Below are positions 27,416 to 36,758 of a stretch of 42,685 nt of DNA, in pieces. The position numbers and the translations under genes were made by a program. Below the pieces are notes generated by a model. That model searched no databases. It saw only the letters and a program-made list of their open reading frames with translations, and was not told where the DNA came from. Position 1 is the stretch's first letter; every line of letters begins with the position of its first letter. The DNA lies in the IMG/VR virus record IMGVR_UViG_3300032305_002598, positions 1 to 42,685 of that record, one strand, 5' to 3'. The DNA comes from a virus. Its lineage: Duplodnaviria > Caudoviricetes.

Positions 27416-27862
27416 CTAAGCTTGAATTTGTGGCTCGTCAAGATAACTCAACAAAACTTCTGATTTAAAAGTTAATGCTGTGTCAACACTTCCAGTTAAA
27501 AAATTAACTCTAAAATATTTTTGATCATTTAAAGCTAAGTTTTTTAATGATATAGATTTAGTTCCAGTAGCAGATAGACTTGTTTGGTCTATAGCAGAGG
27601 TAGCAGATTTTCTATCATTTTTATTAAGATAATCATCGCTAGTAAAAGTAGATGGATTTACACTAAAAGATGAGTCATCAGCAAACTGAACATTTTTAAT
27701 TTTTACAGAGCCAGTAGTATAAGCAGTTACATCAATAAATGCTTTAATTTCTTGAACTCCAGTAATTAAAATTGGAGAGCCATTAATAGTGGCATCTTCA
27801 GCTGTAGAAGCTGTTGATACCAAGCCTATTTTTTTTATTACTCCTGTTAATTTTTCAGACAT
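27416..27862 (-). CDS. putative capsid decoration/cement protein
   Basis: 148 aa, beta-rich, KYFRV motif, immediately after the capsid gene. Confidence 0.6.
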   Translation of the reverse strand: MSEKLTGVIKKIGLVSTASTAEDATINGSPILITGVQEIKAFIDVTAYTTGSVKIKNVQFADDSSFSVNPSTFTSDDYLNKNDRKSATSAIDQTSLSATGTKSISLKNLALNDQKYFRVNFLTGSVDTALTFKSEVLLSYLDEPQIQA

Positions 27863-27887
27863 ATAATTTATATTTAATTGTTAATAA

Positions 27888-29189
27888 TTAAGCTTTAGCA
27901 TATAAAACTTTAATACCTTGAGATCCTACTACACCTTGAGCTACGTAAGAAATTTTACCAGCTACGGTAGCGCCGCTTAATAAGCTAGATACATTAGAAT
28001 CATAACCAATCAAACCTATTGATGAAGGCACTATTTTGTAAGCATATTTAAGGTCACCAACAAAAGCCAATAACTTACCAGCGTTACCACTAGAAGCATT
28101 TACCCAATCAGCAGTAATATTTGTAGTTCCGTCTGTTAAAGCTTTATAAGTTCCAATTTGAGCATGTTCAAATGTTCTTACTGGAATTATGCCTTCTGGA
28201 GTAACAAAAGATTGAATACCATTATTAAAACTAAATTGCTCTAAAGGTAAATGACCATCAGAAGCTTCAATAGCAAATAAAGCATTAATAAACTGTCTGC
28301 TAACATAAATTACAGAATTACCAATGTATTCTTTTTTCAAAGTTGATAAAAAGTTTCTTAAATCTGTTCTAGCTTGAGCATTAGCGGGAGCAGAAGAGGT
28401 AGTGCTTTCAGTTTTACCAATGATGCCATCATTAGTTTTTTGAATAATATCTTTAAAGACTTTAGTAATAATTTTTTTCTCAAATTTACGATTTAAGCCT
28501 GCAATATTACCCTCTAAAACTGCAACTTGTTTTCCAGATGAAATTACATTAAGAATTACATCAGCTGAAATATTCATTTTAGCTTGATGTTTTTCCATTT
28601 GTAATTTAATATTACCATAAACAACTTCTTTCGATACTTGAGCTGAATCGAGTTCATTAGCTTCAAAAGCTTCAATCAAAGATTCGTCAAAAGTATCCCA
28701 TGCAACCGCGCCTTCATTTTCATTGATAGCTGGCAACACTTCAACATCATCAAGAATTGTAGATGGTATATCTTTGTTTATTTCAAAAGAACCTAGAACC
28801 GTAGCTGGATTATTAATAATATTTGTTGATGTAGCATCTCCAAAGCGTATAGTTTTTTTATCAAGAGCCACTACTCGAACTTGTTTTTGAGAATGAATAG
28901 CTTCTGCTATAGTTTTAGCTTCATTTTCACTTAAAGACTTGTAGCCTTTTGATGAAGGTTCTGATACATTTAAAAAACCACTATTAATAGCATCTTCAAT
29001 TTTTGAAATTGATTTTTTTGAAGTTTCTTCGATTTCTTCAATCTTTTTTTGCAAAGTAGTTTCCATTTCAGTAATTTGAGCTTTTAGCTCAGTTTTTACT
29101 TCTGATGATTTTTTTTCAGATTCAACAGAGGCATCAGCCTTCAATTTAACTGCTAAATCATCAATTTTTTTTATAATTTCTAATGACAT
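27888..29189 (-). CDS. major capsid protein, HK97 type with N-terminal coiled-coil delta domain
   Basis: position after the protease; ~110-aa coiled coil; ISADVI, AFVGDLKYAY. Confidence 0.85.
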   Translation of the reverse strand: MSLEIIKKIDDLAVKLKADASVESEKKSSEVKTELKAQITEMETTLQKKIEEIEETSKKSISKIEDAINSGFLNVSEPSSKGYKSLSENEAKTIAEAIHSQKQVRVVALDKKTIRFGDATSTNIINNPATVLGSFEINKDIPSTILDDVEVLPAINENEGAVAWDTFDESLIEAFEANELDSAQVSKEVVYGNIKLQMEKHQAKMNISADVILNVISSGKQVAVLEGNIAGLNRKFEKKIITKVFKDIIQKTNDGIIGKTESTTSSAPANAQARTDLRNFLSTLKKEYIGNSVIYVSRQFINALFAIEASDGHLPLEQFSFNNGIQSFVTPEGIIPVRTFEHAQIGTYKALTDGTTNITADWVNASSGNAGKLLAFVGDLKYAYKIVPSSIGLIGYDSNVSSLLSGATVAGKISYVAQGVVGSQGIKVLYAKA

Positions 29190-29923
29190 AATTGATTTAA
29201 TTTATTTAAGATTAAAATATCATCTATAGATTTAAGAATTGCTTCTTCATCGATAGATTCCTCGTTTTTTTCCTCAACATCTCGTTGGGTATCTGATTCT
29301 TCTTTAGCTTCATCACGAAGATTAGAAGATTTTAGAATTTCTTTCATTTTACTAATTACTGTTTTTGATTCAGTATGGGAGCAGCCTTTTTGTCTCAAGA
29401 ACTTTTCAACTCCTCTTTCATCTTTAATATTTTCCATTAAAGATTTAAAACCTTCAATTGTAGCTTCTGGGTTCATAGCTAGGGTAACAAATGAATATTC
29501 AAGTAATCTAGCTTTTTTTATAATTCTTAAATCATTTTTTTCATTTTCGCTATACTCATCAACAATAAATCCTACAGACATCTCTTGTAAAGAGCCATTT
29601 TCAAGCAATGGAAGAATTTCATCTCTTACTCTCCAATGGTTTTTTGGTAATCTACTTTCTACTAAGATACCTTTGGCATCTTCGCTAATTTTAATTGCGT
29701 GTCCAAGTAAAATATCCATATCATGTTGCCATAAGGCGGGAATATTTTTACCTTTATTCTTTCTTTCCATGATTGATTCAGTAAAAGCACCAGGCAATAT
29801 TACATCATTTCCTAAATCAACATCATAAGTTGATATATAAGAGCTTATATATAAATATTTACTAGCATCTTCTCCAGTGGAGGTTTCAACTTTTGCAGAA
29901 AATTGTTTAACTATTTTTTCCAT
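29180..29923 (-). CDS. HK97-family prohead protease
   Basis: DLGNDVILPGAF, ALWQHD, MSVGF, LLEYSFVTLAMNPEA; ATG 29923 preferred over GTG 29989. Confidence 0.93.
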   Translation of the reverse strand: MEKIVKQFSAKVETSTGEDASKYLYISSYISTYDVDLGNDVILPGAFTESIMERKNKGKNIPALWQHDMDILLGHAIKISEDAKGILVESRLPKNHWRVRDEILPLLENGSLQEMSVGFIVDEYSENEKNDLRIIKKARLLEYSFVTLAMNPEATIEGFKSLMENIKDERGVEKFLRQKGCSHTESKTVISKMKEILKSSNLRDEAKEESDTQRDVEEKNEESIDEEAILKSIDDILILNKLNQLCH

Positions 29924-29954
29924 AAGAAATTTTGAAGAATTTAAAAAAAAACAC

Positions 29955-29983
29955 TTGCAAAGGATATTTAATAATCGTATTTT
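29955..29983 (+). promoter_or_regulatory. putative promoter for the HTH-like/methylase pair
   Basis: TTGCAA-N17-TATTTT. Confidence 0.55.
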
Positions 29984-30014
29984 GTCCACTATTATTACCT
30001 TTTAATATTATTTT

Positions 30015-30302
30015 ATGGATATAAAAAAAGAAAAAAAAGAAAAGAATACTAGTGAAGTTTATTTCTTTTTAAATAGAGTAAAAGCCTTCACTCCCTTGCT
30101 TTTTGAGTTAAATCTTTTAAAGAAAAATTGTAAAAAGGAATGCTTAAGCTATCTTGGAATGAAAAATGCTAAATCTAATTGGTATACTTTTGGAATAACT
30201 CCAAAATATAAAGTTATGCTACAATTAATTGAGAAATTAGAAGAAAGTAATAAAAATGCTAAAAGACTTCAAGAGCAGGTAAATAAATTTTTAAATAAAT
30301 AA
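30015..30302 (+). CDS. hypothetical protein, possibly Cro/XRE-like HTH
   Basis: KKECLSYLGMKNAKSNWYTFGITP loosely matches an XRE HTH. Confidence 0.45.
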   Translation: MDIKKEKKEKNTSEVYFFLNRVKAFTPLLFELNLLKKNCKKECLSYLGMKNAKSNWYTFGITPKYKVMLQLIEKLEESNKNAKRLQEQVNKFLNK

Positions 30303-30304
30303 AA

Positions 30305-31333
30305 ATGAATTATAATTGGTTATTAAAAGATACTATCTTTACCAAAGATAAGGGGAAGGTTTTTACATGTTTTTCTGGCGGAGGTGGAAGTTCTCTTGGT
30401 TATAAACTAGCGGGCTTTGATGTGATAGGTTGCAATGAAATAGATAAGAGAATGATGGATGTTTATATAGCTAATCATAATCCTAAATATAGTTTTTTAG
30501 AATCTATTTCGACATTAAAAGTTAGAGATGACTTACCTAAGGAATTATATGATTTAGATATTTTGGAAGGAAGTCCTCCCTGTTCAGCATTCTCAATGGC
30601 TGGTCAGAGAGAAAAGAATTGGGGTAAAGAAAAAAAATTTAGAGAAGGACAAGTGTCTCAAGTTTTAGACACTTTGTTTTTTGATTTTATTGATTTAGCT
30701 AAAAAATTACAGCCTAAAATTGTAATTGCTGAAAATGTTAAAGGACTATTACAGGGTTTAGCTAAAGAATATGTAAAAAAAATATACCAGGAATTTAATA
30801 ATGCTGGCTATAATTGCGATCATTATTTATTAAATGCCTCAAATATGGGAGTGCCACAAAAAAGAGAAAGAGTTTTTTTCATTGCCTATAGAAAAGATTT
30901 ACCTTTTAGCCATTTTCACTTAAATTTAGATTTTAATGAAAAGCCAATAACATTTGGAGAATTTTACCAAAAAGGAGTTAATGATAGAAAAGTTTCAACT
31001 GGTAAAATGTTTGAGTATTGGCAAAATAGACGAAATGGTGACGCTAATTTTGCTGATACAATTATGAGGGTTGAGGGTAAACATAGATGCTTTAATAATT
31101 ATTACCTTCATCAAAACAAAGTATGCAATACTTACACTAGTAATGATTATGTATTATTTTTATTTGATGAATATAGAAAGCCTAATAAATCAGAGAGTTG
31201 TTGTATAGGAAGTTTTCCTCAAGATTATAATTTTGTTAAAGAAAAGTATAATTATGTTATCGGAATGAGTGTGCCACCACTTATGACAGCTAAAATATCA
31301 AAAGAAATTTATGACAAATGGTTGAAATTTTAA
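30305..31333 (+). CDS. C5 cytosine DNA methyltransferase
   Basis: motif I FSGGGG, IV GSPPC, VI ENV, VIII QKRERVF, X IGMSV. Confidence 0.95.
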   Translation: MNYNWLLKDTIFTKDKGKVFTCFSGGGGSSLGYKLAGFDVIGCNEIDKRMMDVYIANHNPKYSFLESISTLKVRDDLPKELYDLDILEGSPPCSAFSMAGQREKNWGKEKKFREGQVSQVLDTLFFDFIDLAKKLQPKIVIAENVKGLLQGLAKEYVKKIYQEFNNAGYNCDHYLLNASNMGVPQKRERVFFIAYRKDLPFSHFHLNLDFNEKPITFGEFYQKGVNDRKVSTGKMFEYWQNRRNGDANFADTIMRVEGKHRCFNNYYLHQNKVCNTYTSNDYVLFLFDEYRKPNKSESCCIGSFPQDYNFVKEKYNYVIGMSVPPLMTAKISKEIYDKWLKF

Positions 31334-33033
31334 TCACCTCTTTCTCTTTTTATTTCTTCCCACTTTCTATTAGCCCAAGACTTACCAGGATTGCCACCCC
31401 ATAATTGCCAAGCTATTCGACCAGCACTTGGAAAACCTTCTTCACCTTGATTAAATCCTTCTGCTTGTTTATCAACTTCATGTCGCGCAAAATAAGAAAC
31501 CATTCTGCCAATTGTTCTTGGTGTTAGATTTTCACGGTTCTTTAATTGATTAGCTCTTGCAACTCCGACAGCTGTCCCACCTCTTCCAAATTCTTCTCTC
31601 CATTTTAAGCCTTGTTGAGCTTGATTTGCCATTTCTGCGGTTGGTTTTAAATCAATATCGCTAATAGCTTTAAAAGATTTATTAATTTGAGACAATGGAA
31701 TCCCAATAGCGTCGCTAGTATTGGTATCTTCCCCAATAGGAGCTTGGTTTCCATCAACATAGACAGCATTTAAGCCTTCAATATTATTTAAGCCAATTTG
31801 TCTTCTTAGCTCATTTTTAGTAGCAATATTTGCATTAGAAATCAAATTAGCTAACTCAGCATTCCTCATGGCAATTGCAGGGATTTCTGATTCAATGTAT
31901 TTTATTTCAGTGATTTTTGTATTTGGATAAAAATCTTTAATGAAAAAAAGGTAAATAAATTCGTAATAAGATTCTAATGTTGGTAAAATAGCAGAATCAT
32001 ATAAATTTAAGTTAGCTTCCTTCATATTCGAGTTAGAGGTAAACTCGCCTTCCACAAGTGGCAATGGAATGTTAAAAGCATTATAAAAAGCTACTCTTAG
32101 CCTTCTTAAGCCAATATTAAACTCTAAATCCTTTGCCATGAAAGGGTTTTGAAGGTCAACTGGGTTAATATCGAGGGTTGTAATAAGGGTTTTGCCATTA
32201 TTTACAGAGCCAGTGAACTTACTTTCTAAATCTTTTTTCCATTGATCAACTAATTGCTGGTTAGTTCCAGCCGGAACTTTAGTCAAATCTATTTTAAACA
32301 TTTTTTTAGCAGCTAGAGAGTTTTTAAAACTAGCTCGATTACTCGTGTTGCCTTCTTGGTATAAAATCATTTCATCTCTTAGTGGTGCTAATTTACTAGT
32401 TCCCCAACCAGATGTTATAACCATATTATTTGTAAGAACTTTTGCCTCTTCTTCGCTATAGTGTAGTAATTCTCTAGTTACACCATCTTTTATAAATTTG
32501 TATCTAATAGGATTTTCATAAGAACTATCTAAATTTTTATTATATGTTATAATCACACCATTCTCATCAGCATATTCGTAATAATTAATTACCTCATTGG
32601 TCTTATTTATAGCAATTTTAGCTGGATTAATGTTTGTAATAGCTGAAATATCATTTTTATTTTTATATTTTATTTCAATAAAATTATTTCCAGTAGCTAG
32701 AAAATGTAGCAATGCTTCTTTACGAAATTGTATTCCAGTTTGTTTGGGATTGGGTTTTCTAGCCCATTTGTCAAATGCCATTACATCTGGTGGAGTTTTT
32801 TTAGCATCATTTACATATGGAATACTTCCTTGAAAAGCATAGGGCTTGATTGTTGATCCAAAAGTATTAATTTTGTTTATAGCGTCAGCGAGTGGAGCTA
32901 CAGTATAATAGAAATTTAAGAAAGTAGAGGCATCGTAAAGAATGGTAAAAGACATGTTCGGGTTAGAACTAAAATCTCCAATCATGTAGTTGGAGTTTCT
33001 TCTAAAAAAATTAGTTAAACCGAAAAGTGCCAT
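31330..33033 (-). CDS. HK97-family portal with an extra C-terminal domain
   Basis: KPNPKQT, ATGNNF, GTSKL, FTGSVNNGK, AFNIP, TKNELR; ~108-aa appended domain. Confidence 0.92.
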   Translation of the reverse strand: MALFGLTNFFRRNSNYMIGDFSSNPNMSFTILYDASTFLNFYYTVAPLADAINKINTFGSTIKPYAFQGSIPYVNDAKKTPPDVMAFDKWARKPNPKQTGIQFRKEALLHFLATGNNFIEIKYKNKNDISAITNINPAKIAINKTNEVINYYEYADENGVIITYNKNLDSSYENPIRYKFIKDGVTRELLHYSEEEAKVLTNNMVITSGWGTSKLAPLRDEMILYQEGNTSNRASFKNSLAAKKMFKIDLTKVPAGTNQQLVDQWKKDLESKFTGSVNNGKTLITTLDINPVDLQNPFMAKDLEFNIGLRRLRVAFYNAFNIPLPLVEGEFTSNSNMKEANLNLYDSAILPTLESYYEFIYLFFIKDFYPNTKITEIKYIESEIPAIAMRNAELANLISNANIATKNELRRQIGLNNIEGLNAVYVDGNQAPIGEDTNTSDAIGIPLSQINKSFKAISDIDLKPTAEMANQAQQGLKWREEFGRGGTAVGVARANQLKNRENLTPRTIGRMVSYFARHEVDKQAEGFNQGEEGFPSAGRIAWQLWGGNPGKSWANRKWEEIKRERGD

Positions 33034-33055
33034 TTTTTAATAGATTTTTAATAAA

Positions 33056-33103
33056 TATTGTTTTTTAATATTGATAAAATATAATAAAAGAAAAATTTTG
33101 CAA
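33056..33103 (-). promoter_or_regulatory. portal promoter with conserved downstream 16-mer
   Basis: TTGCAA-N16-TATTTT then ATATTAAAAAACAATA, matching 22620-22668. Confidence 0.65.
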
Positions 33104-33110
33104 CATAAAA

Positions 33111-33371
33111 ATGAAAATTGATAAAAAATTATATAAAATACTTATAAAAAAGTATCAAAATAAGTTAGAAATATCAACAAAAAATACTGATTGGCAGAAA
33201 TGTTTATATCCTCCGAAGCTTAAAGAGATGGATAAAGCAATTGCTATACTTAATAATGATGACATGATTGAGATATATGCCAAATCTAAGAGATATGTGC
33301 TAAAATTAACTGAAAATACTCCAAATAATATAAGAAAAGAGTGTGAAGAGTATTATAGAGGATTTAAATAA
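33111..33371 (+). CDS. hypothetical protein
   Basis: 86-aa ORF filling the gap between portal and RNase H. Confidence 0.6.
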   Translation: MKIDKKLYKILIKKYQNKLEISTKNTDWQKCLYPPKLKEMDKAIAILNNDDMIEIYAKSKRYVLKLTENTPNNIRKECEEYYRGFK

Positions 33372-33374
33372 AAT

Positions 33375-33779
33375 TTATATTGTTATACCTTTAGCTTTAT
33401 TCCGAGCCATAATATCCACACTCTCATTAAAGAAGTTATCGCTATGAGCTTTCACCCACTTAAATTCTAAATCAACGAGATGAAGTATGTCTCTAATCTT
33501 AGTAATTAAGTCTTCATTTGTAGTAAATTGTTTTTTACAAGATAAAACAGTTATAACATATTGAGAATCGGTAAATATGGTGATTTTTTTACCGTTTAGC
33601 TTTAATTCGATTATTTTCTCAATAGCTTTTAAACATGCGGTTAATTCCATGCGATTATTTGTAGCATTCTTAGGAACTCTTCCCGAATTAGAAATAATGT
33701 TTTCCTCATCATTGATTATTATATAAGCCCAACCACCTTTTTGACCGATACATGAGCCGTCAGTATAAATATTTATCAT
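33375..33779 (-). CDS. rnhA: ribonuclease HI
   Basis: IYTDGS, GGWA, TNNRMEL, FTDSQY, NEDL, WVKAH, NESVD. Confidence 0.95.
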   Translation of the reverse strand: MINIYTDGSCIGQKGGWAYIIINDEENIISNSGRVPKNATNNRMELTACLKAIEKIIELKLNGKKITIFTDSQYVITVLSCKKQFTTNEDLITKIRDILHLVDLEFKWVKAHSDNFFNESVDIMARNKAKGITI

Positions 33780-33782
33780 AGG

Positions 33783-34505
33783 TTATACATTTAGTTCTTT
33801 GTTAATTAAATCATCAAGTCTATTTCTAGCTTTGTTTATTAATGTTTCAAGTATTCTTTTATCCTCTATTTCATCAATAAAAGCTTCAATTACCATTTTA
33901 ATCTCTTGAGGACTATTGCTACTGCCATTATTGATCTGAGTATTGTTGTTGATAACTGTTTTAGCATTTTCCCCGTATCTCTCAGGGTTTTTCATCTTAG
34001 CTACGGTAGATAAAGCCTTTGTAATCGAATTTAACCCAACTGCGTCTATATGGGGGGCAGAGTTACCTTGTATAAAGTCTTTTGTTATGCTATCGAGGTC
34101 ATCAACTAAGAAAACCGCACCTTCACTAGAAGCTTTAACATATTCGTAATGGAAAAAGGTATCCGAGGTTATAATTTCCTTAATTTGAGAATATGAAGGC
34201 ATATCTTTAATCTTAGAAATGTTTTCGATTGTTAAACCATTCCTTGTGTGGTCTATGATTTTGCTTTTAACATCTAGGGTGATTTCATAGAGCTTATCTA
34301 ACTGGTCATCTTCTTTTAAATCTAATGAGCCATATAATTCCTTGAATCTTCTTTGGAGATATTCTTTAGCCGCCATTCTCGATAACTCATTTTGATATTT
34401 CACACTCATGGAGGTTTCTACTATCATTCCAGTAATGGGAGCTATATCTCTTCCCCGAGTATAATGTTTTTCCTTATCGATAATGTTTTTTTTGTCATTT
34501 TCCAT
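33783..34505 (-). CDS. terminase small subunit (Sf6-like)
   Basis: MPSYSQIKEII...FHYEYVKA...VAKMKNPERYG matches the MPSxxT...FxxxYxxA...KLxPxxYG pattern. Confidence 0.7.
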   Translation of the reverse strand: MENDKKNIIDKEKHYTRGRDIAPITGMIVETSMSVKYQNELSRMAAKEYLQRRFKELYGSLDLKEDDQLDKLYEITLDVKSKIIDHTRNGLTIENISKIKDMPSYSQIKEIITSDTFFHYEYVKASSEGAVFLVDDLDSITKDFIQGNSAPHIDAVGLNSITKALSTVAKMKNPERYGENAKTVINNNTQINNGSSNSPQEIKMVIEAFIDEIEDKRILETLINKARNRLDDLINKELNV

Positions 34506-34515
34506 GCTCTAGGAG

Positions 34516-34537
34516 GTTAGGTTAGTATTTGCTAATA
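34516..34537. repeat. 22-bp operator-like site, second copy
   Basis: GTTAGGTTAGTATTTGCTAATA; 20/22 identical to 1706-1727. Confidence 0.75.
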
Positions 34538-34544
34538 GGCAATT

Positions 34545-34573
34545 AAAGTAATAGAATCAACTATGTAAGTCAA
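34545..34573 (-). promoter_or_regulatory. putative promoter for terS-rnhA
   Basis: TTGACT-N17-TACTTT. Confidence 0.6.
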
Positions 34574-34659
34574 GAGAAAATTTAACTTACTACTCTAACT
34601 TAGGTTTTGAAGGGTGAATAAGCCATGACACTTACAGTATCAATAAGAAAAAAAAATAA

Positions 34660-35260
34660 AAAAACCCCTTGACAAAATAATTTACTTGACAATGATTATT
34701 GCAGGGGATTCTCTTTTTTAAAAATGGCAAGCCATTAATATACACTGTATATGGGTTGCAATTTTTTGTAAAAAGGTTGTTTCCAGATTTGGCAGAATTC
34801 CCAATAACTGACAAATTGAAATTAGCATTCAGCAGGGGGTGTTATTCTCACAGAAAGGAGTTTACTCCAGATGCTTACATCTTGCATGTAAGTAGCTGGA
34901 ACTAAGCATCTCAATTAGGTTAATTTACTACAATACTCCCAAGCCTCTTATAGGAATAAACCATATTTTGAAATTGTAAAATTAAAAATTGACTATTTTT
35001 TTTTCTTTATGGTGAATTTAAACTATACATAAACCACCCCCATACCTAGACCTTAACTACATACATAATTAACTATAATACTAATATCATAGCTTAAAAG
35101 TGGCTATAAATTAGTTTATTTGATGGTTTATGGGGAAGATAAGTTTATTTTGATGAAAGTGTATTTTAGTAGGAGAAGATGGGAGGGGGGACTATTACTC
35201 CCATGCACCCCTCCCCCCTTTCTATTCTTGCCAATACCCCCACCCCACCAAGTCCAACCA
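34660..35260. other. hairpin-rich non-coding region with G-to-C strand switch; candidate genome terminus/packaging site
   Basis: inverted repeats at ~34665-34707, 34866-34900, 35028-35131 and 35179-35218; upstream of TerS. Confidence 0.45.
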
Positions 35261-35774
35261 CAACAACCAATAAAACAAATTCAACACTAATCTTTTTTTA
35301 TAACTCAACAATTTATTTCATCAACTAACTTTTATTTATTTCAAAACTAAAATTAATAATCCTAATAATCTTACTTTAATTTACTCACCAATAATTATTA
35401 TTTATTTTATAATATAATTTATTAAATCTTATTAATATTTATTGAACTTCACCAACAGTTAAACCAACTCAAAGCCATTAATCAAATTGAAACAACTAAA
35501 ACATTTTCAACAATTAATTAAAATAAACATTGACACAAAGTTTAATCAACCAACTTGTTAAGATTTATTAACTTATTTATTTATTATTATATTCTAATTT
35601 GATACTTCAATTGACACTTTGAGCAAGCAATTAATAATTTTAATTCATCAATTTAAAATAATTTATTTATTTTGTTTCAATTCCTTCAATCAAAACCCCT
35701 TCAAGCTTACAGTCTCAACACTTCACAAACATTGTTTCATTTTGTGAACACTTGAAAATAATTAAAAATAGTTA

Positions 35775-35803
35775 TTGACATATTGAAATAAAGAATCTAT
35801 AAT
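35775..35803 (+). promoter_or_regulatory. consensus sigma70 early promoter
   Basis: TTGACA-N17-TATAAT with an A/T-rich UP region. Confidence 0.9.
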
Positions 35804-35848
35804 TATCTCAACAAATTAACTTATTAAAAACTTAAAAAAAAATACTTT

Positions 35849-36094
35849 ATGAAAAATTATTTAAATCAACAAAAACAAAAACAAAACAAAAAAGAAAAAA
35901 TTGAAAATATTGAATTAATTTGCTGGATTTTAGCAGCAATCTTTTTTGCAACATCTTTTTTAAATATTAATTTAATTTTTACAAAAGAATTTATTGAACT
36001 TTTTTCTTTAAAAATATTTATTTCAACTTCAATTTTGACTTTAGTTTTTTCAACAACTGCAGCAATTTTTTACAATAAATCTTTAAGAAATTAA
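35849..36094 (+). CDS. early two-TM membrane protein
   Basis: first ORF after the promoter; two hydrophobic helices. Confidence 0.65.
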   Translation: MKNYLNQQKQKQNKKEKIENIELICWILAAIFFATSFLNINLIFTKEFIELFSLKIFISTSILTLVFSTTAAIFYNKSLRN

Positions 36095-36100
36095 ACAACT

Positions 36101-36220
36101 ATGCAAAAACTTTTAAACAAAATTAAAAAACTTTTAAAAATCAAAAGTAAAAAACAATATATCAAAATCAATAACTTTTTAGAAATTGATAAAGATTTTC
36201 AAAAACTATTAAAACTTTAA
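36101..36220 (+). CDS. 39-aa basic peptide (not in ORF track)
   Basis: MQKLLNKIKKLLKIKSKKQYIKINNFLEIDKDFQKLLKL; fills the gap. Confidence 0.5.
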   Translation: MQKLLNKIKKLLKIKSKKQYIKINNFLEIDKDFQKLLKL

Positions 36221-36232
36221 CTCTTAAATTAT

Positions 36233-36343
36233 ATGCAAATTGACTTCATTCACAATTACAAAATTAAAGATTGTAGAACTTTCTTGAATTTATCAAGAAA
36301 TAATATTATCACAAAAATAATATTTTTTATTAAACATTATTAA
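36233..36343 (+). CDS. 36-aa peptide (not in ORF track)
   Basis: MQIDFIHNYKIKDCRTFLNLSRNNIITKIIFFIKHY; fills the gap. Confidence 0.4.
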   Translation: MQIDFIHNYKIKDCRTFLNLSRNNIITKIIFFIKHY

Positions 36344-36353
36344 TTTTTATTTT

Positions 36354-36656
36354 ATGTCAATATCCAACAAAGAAATTTTAAACAAAAAAAATATAACAAT
36401 AAGCTTAAGAAAATTTGAAGTTTTAAATCAAGATTTTCAAAAAAATTTACAGGCAAGAATTGATTTTGGAGCCTCTTTAAATAGAAACTTTAAAGAAAAG
36501 GGTATTAATTCACAAGATTACTATTGCAGACTTGATAATTTTAAAGAATTTTTACAAATTCAATTAATTTTAAAAGCTTTAAAAAAAGGGTTTAAACTTC
36601 AAAAAATAGAAGTTGGTAATTTTGCAAATTCTTATTTTTTCAGTAAAGAAAATTAA
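36354..36656 (+). CDS. early hypothetical protein
   Basis: 100-aa ORF. Confidence 0.65.
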   Translation: MSISNKEILNKKNITISLRKFEVLNQDFQKNLQARIDFGASLNRNFKEKGINSQDYYCRLDNFKEFLQIQLILKALKKGFKLQKIEVGNFANSYFFSKEN

Positions 36657-36758
36657 TTAATAACCAAAATCACCACAAAAAACCCATCTTAATAATCTTT
36701 ATGATATAATAATAAATTTATTATATTTTATTAGTTATTAACTTAAATATTTATTTTT

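Noticed and set aside
29924-29989. Extended GTG start for the prohead protease
   Set aside because: The extension overlaps promoter-like sequence and looks non-coding; ATG 29923 fits better.
22606-33110. Invertible segment bounded by the repeated 16-mers
   Set aside because: The repeats are in direct orientation, sit at promoter positions, and no recombinase is present in the window.
2023-34149. Many antisense or overlapping ORFs in the track (e.g. 4917-5171, 15506-15880, 21279-21650, 26346-26684, 27033-27287)
   Set aside because: They shadow well-supported genes, mostly on the opposite strand, and have no motifs.
34632-34905. ORFs 34699-34905 (+) and 34632-34814 (-), or a tRNA here
   Set aside because: Non-ATG starts, mutual overlap, no motifs; no cloverleaf or T-loop GTTC pattern is visible.
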